Below are positions 62,901 through 64,000 of a stretch of DNA of 64,000 nt, one piece after another. The notes under the pieces are model-generated. The model worked only from the letters and a program-made list of their open reading frames with translations, had not been told where the DNA came from and searched no databases. Where the stretch lies: contig CAJFCJ010000001.1 of the NCBI GenBank assembly GCA_904063045.1, positions 3,100,001-3,164,000 of the forward strand, read 5' to 3'. Positions within the stretch are counted from its first letter, which is position 1; every line of letters begins with the position of its first letter. The DNA comes from Dimorphilus gyrociliatus (lineage: Eukaryota > Animalia > Annelida). Both the position numbers and the translations under genes were made by a program.

Positions 62901-64000
62901 GAAATACTTTAAGTAAATAGAGGCGGTACAAAGCACTTGATATTAATATCGTTTAATTACATGAATTAGAGTAATATTTTATGTTGAATGAATGAATGTT
63001 TAGGATAAATTAATAGGAAATTGTTTACTGTGCATGAATAAATCTCTTCAATTTTCTATTTTAAACTGGTTTAAGGAACAAATGACAACAACCCCGTTAA
63101 ATTGATGTAATGAAGGTCATGCGTAAAAACGCATATACTGACGAGATAAGAGAAAAAAGAGAATTGAATTAATTTATCTAAGTAGGCGTTCCTCGAATCG
63201 TAAACCGATTAGAGTGCCACTTCTATCTAACAAAGGCTTTTACAGTGAAATTGTACAGATAAGACGCAAAAAGACCGTCGTAGAAAGTGTTAGAAAGAAG
63301 AGAGAGAGAGGGAAACAGAGTCAACTTGTTAGAATGATGAAGAAGAACGGGTGACAAGGGCAGTACTACGTATAGATGTTTATTGAACAAAATGAAATAA
63401 ATGGAGATTTATAAATATATATATATAACACTGATAGACATTTCATTTAATGAACATGTTGAAGAAAAATAAAATGAGATGGAAGGCAAAGAGAGGAAAA
63501 GGAAGAAGACGGGCAAAGTCTAAGTGTAAGTTAAAAATAGGTGTATTTACACTGTATATCTTCTGCATATGTGCATCATAATATATCAATATGTATACTG
63601 TACTTACATCAACTCATTTACAGCAGTTTCTATTGTTGTTGTCCTATATTTTCTTAACTGAGTCTTTGTTAAACTAAGAAGATATTAGCAATATACAGTA
63701 TACAGTACACACCTTATGTATATAGTTAACTCTAAAATGCATGTATATATATATATATATATATATATATGTCATTTTTAAGTTGAGTTATTCGTATTAT
63801 TGATAAATACTAGTACATAATAACAATAGTAATAAGTAGAGAATATAAGAAAAAGGTTATTAATTATTCCTTTCTAAGTCATAATTAATTCTATTCATAG
63901 AGTTTTTTCTTTAATTATTGATTAAGAAATTCTTTTAGAGTTTGGAAAAACTAAAAATAAAATACTTAAAATATATAAAAGAAAGAAACGTGTAGGGAGA

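Noticed and set aside
49200-64000. Conserved bilaterian microRNAs, tRNAs or snRNAs in the gene desert
   Set aside because: By-eye search for common mature miRNA sequences, tRNA B-box/cloverleaf and snRNA hallmarks found none; a covariance-model scan would be needed to exclude them fully.
1-64000. CRISPR arrays, prokaryotic operons, intact transposase or reverse transcriptase
   Set aside because: Sequence is spliceosomal-intron-containing animal DNA; no repeat-spacer array and no DDE or RT motifs seen.

Overview
AT-rich eukaryotic (animal) DNA with short GT-AG introns (about 55-100 nt) and tightly packed genes. The gene content fits a compact lophotrochozoan, possibly annelid, genome (inference). 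From 0.2 to 49.2 kb I can assemble: a type I sialomucin, an alpha-arrestin, an intronless DC-STAMP-family gene, a secreted PAN + EPTP-like protein, two TACI/BCMA/Grindelwald-like TNF receptors flanking a His/Asp-rich secreted protein, a DEG/ENaC channel, a type II mucin-like protein, two BC-box/LRR proteins, a secreted galactose-binding-fold-like gene plus its pseudogene copy, a clan-2 cytochrome P450 cluster (3 intact, 1 disabled, 1 relic), a calexcitin-like EF-hand gene and an SLC7 (b0,+AT-like) transporter. The best hidden feature is absent from the ORF track: a four-exon selenoprotein W2/MIEN1-like gene (31476-32031) with an in-frame UGA in a CxxU motif, a C-terminal CAAX box and a well-formed SECIS hairpin in its 3' UTR. 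The last ~14.8 kb has no convincing coding sequence. It is enriched in Smad-type GCGTCTA/TAGACGC motifs and extended octamer motifs, suggesting the regulatory domain of a developmental gene outside the window. TA-rich tracts repeatedly contain TAC(A/T)GTA, the classic Tc1/mariner excision footprint. All exon models were built by hand from splice signals and reading-frame continuity; no database searches were run.
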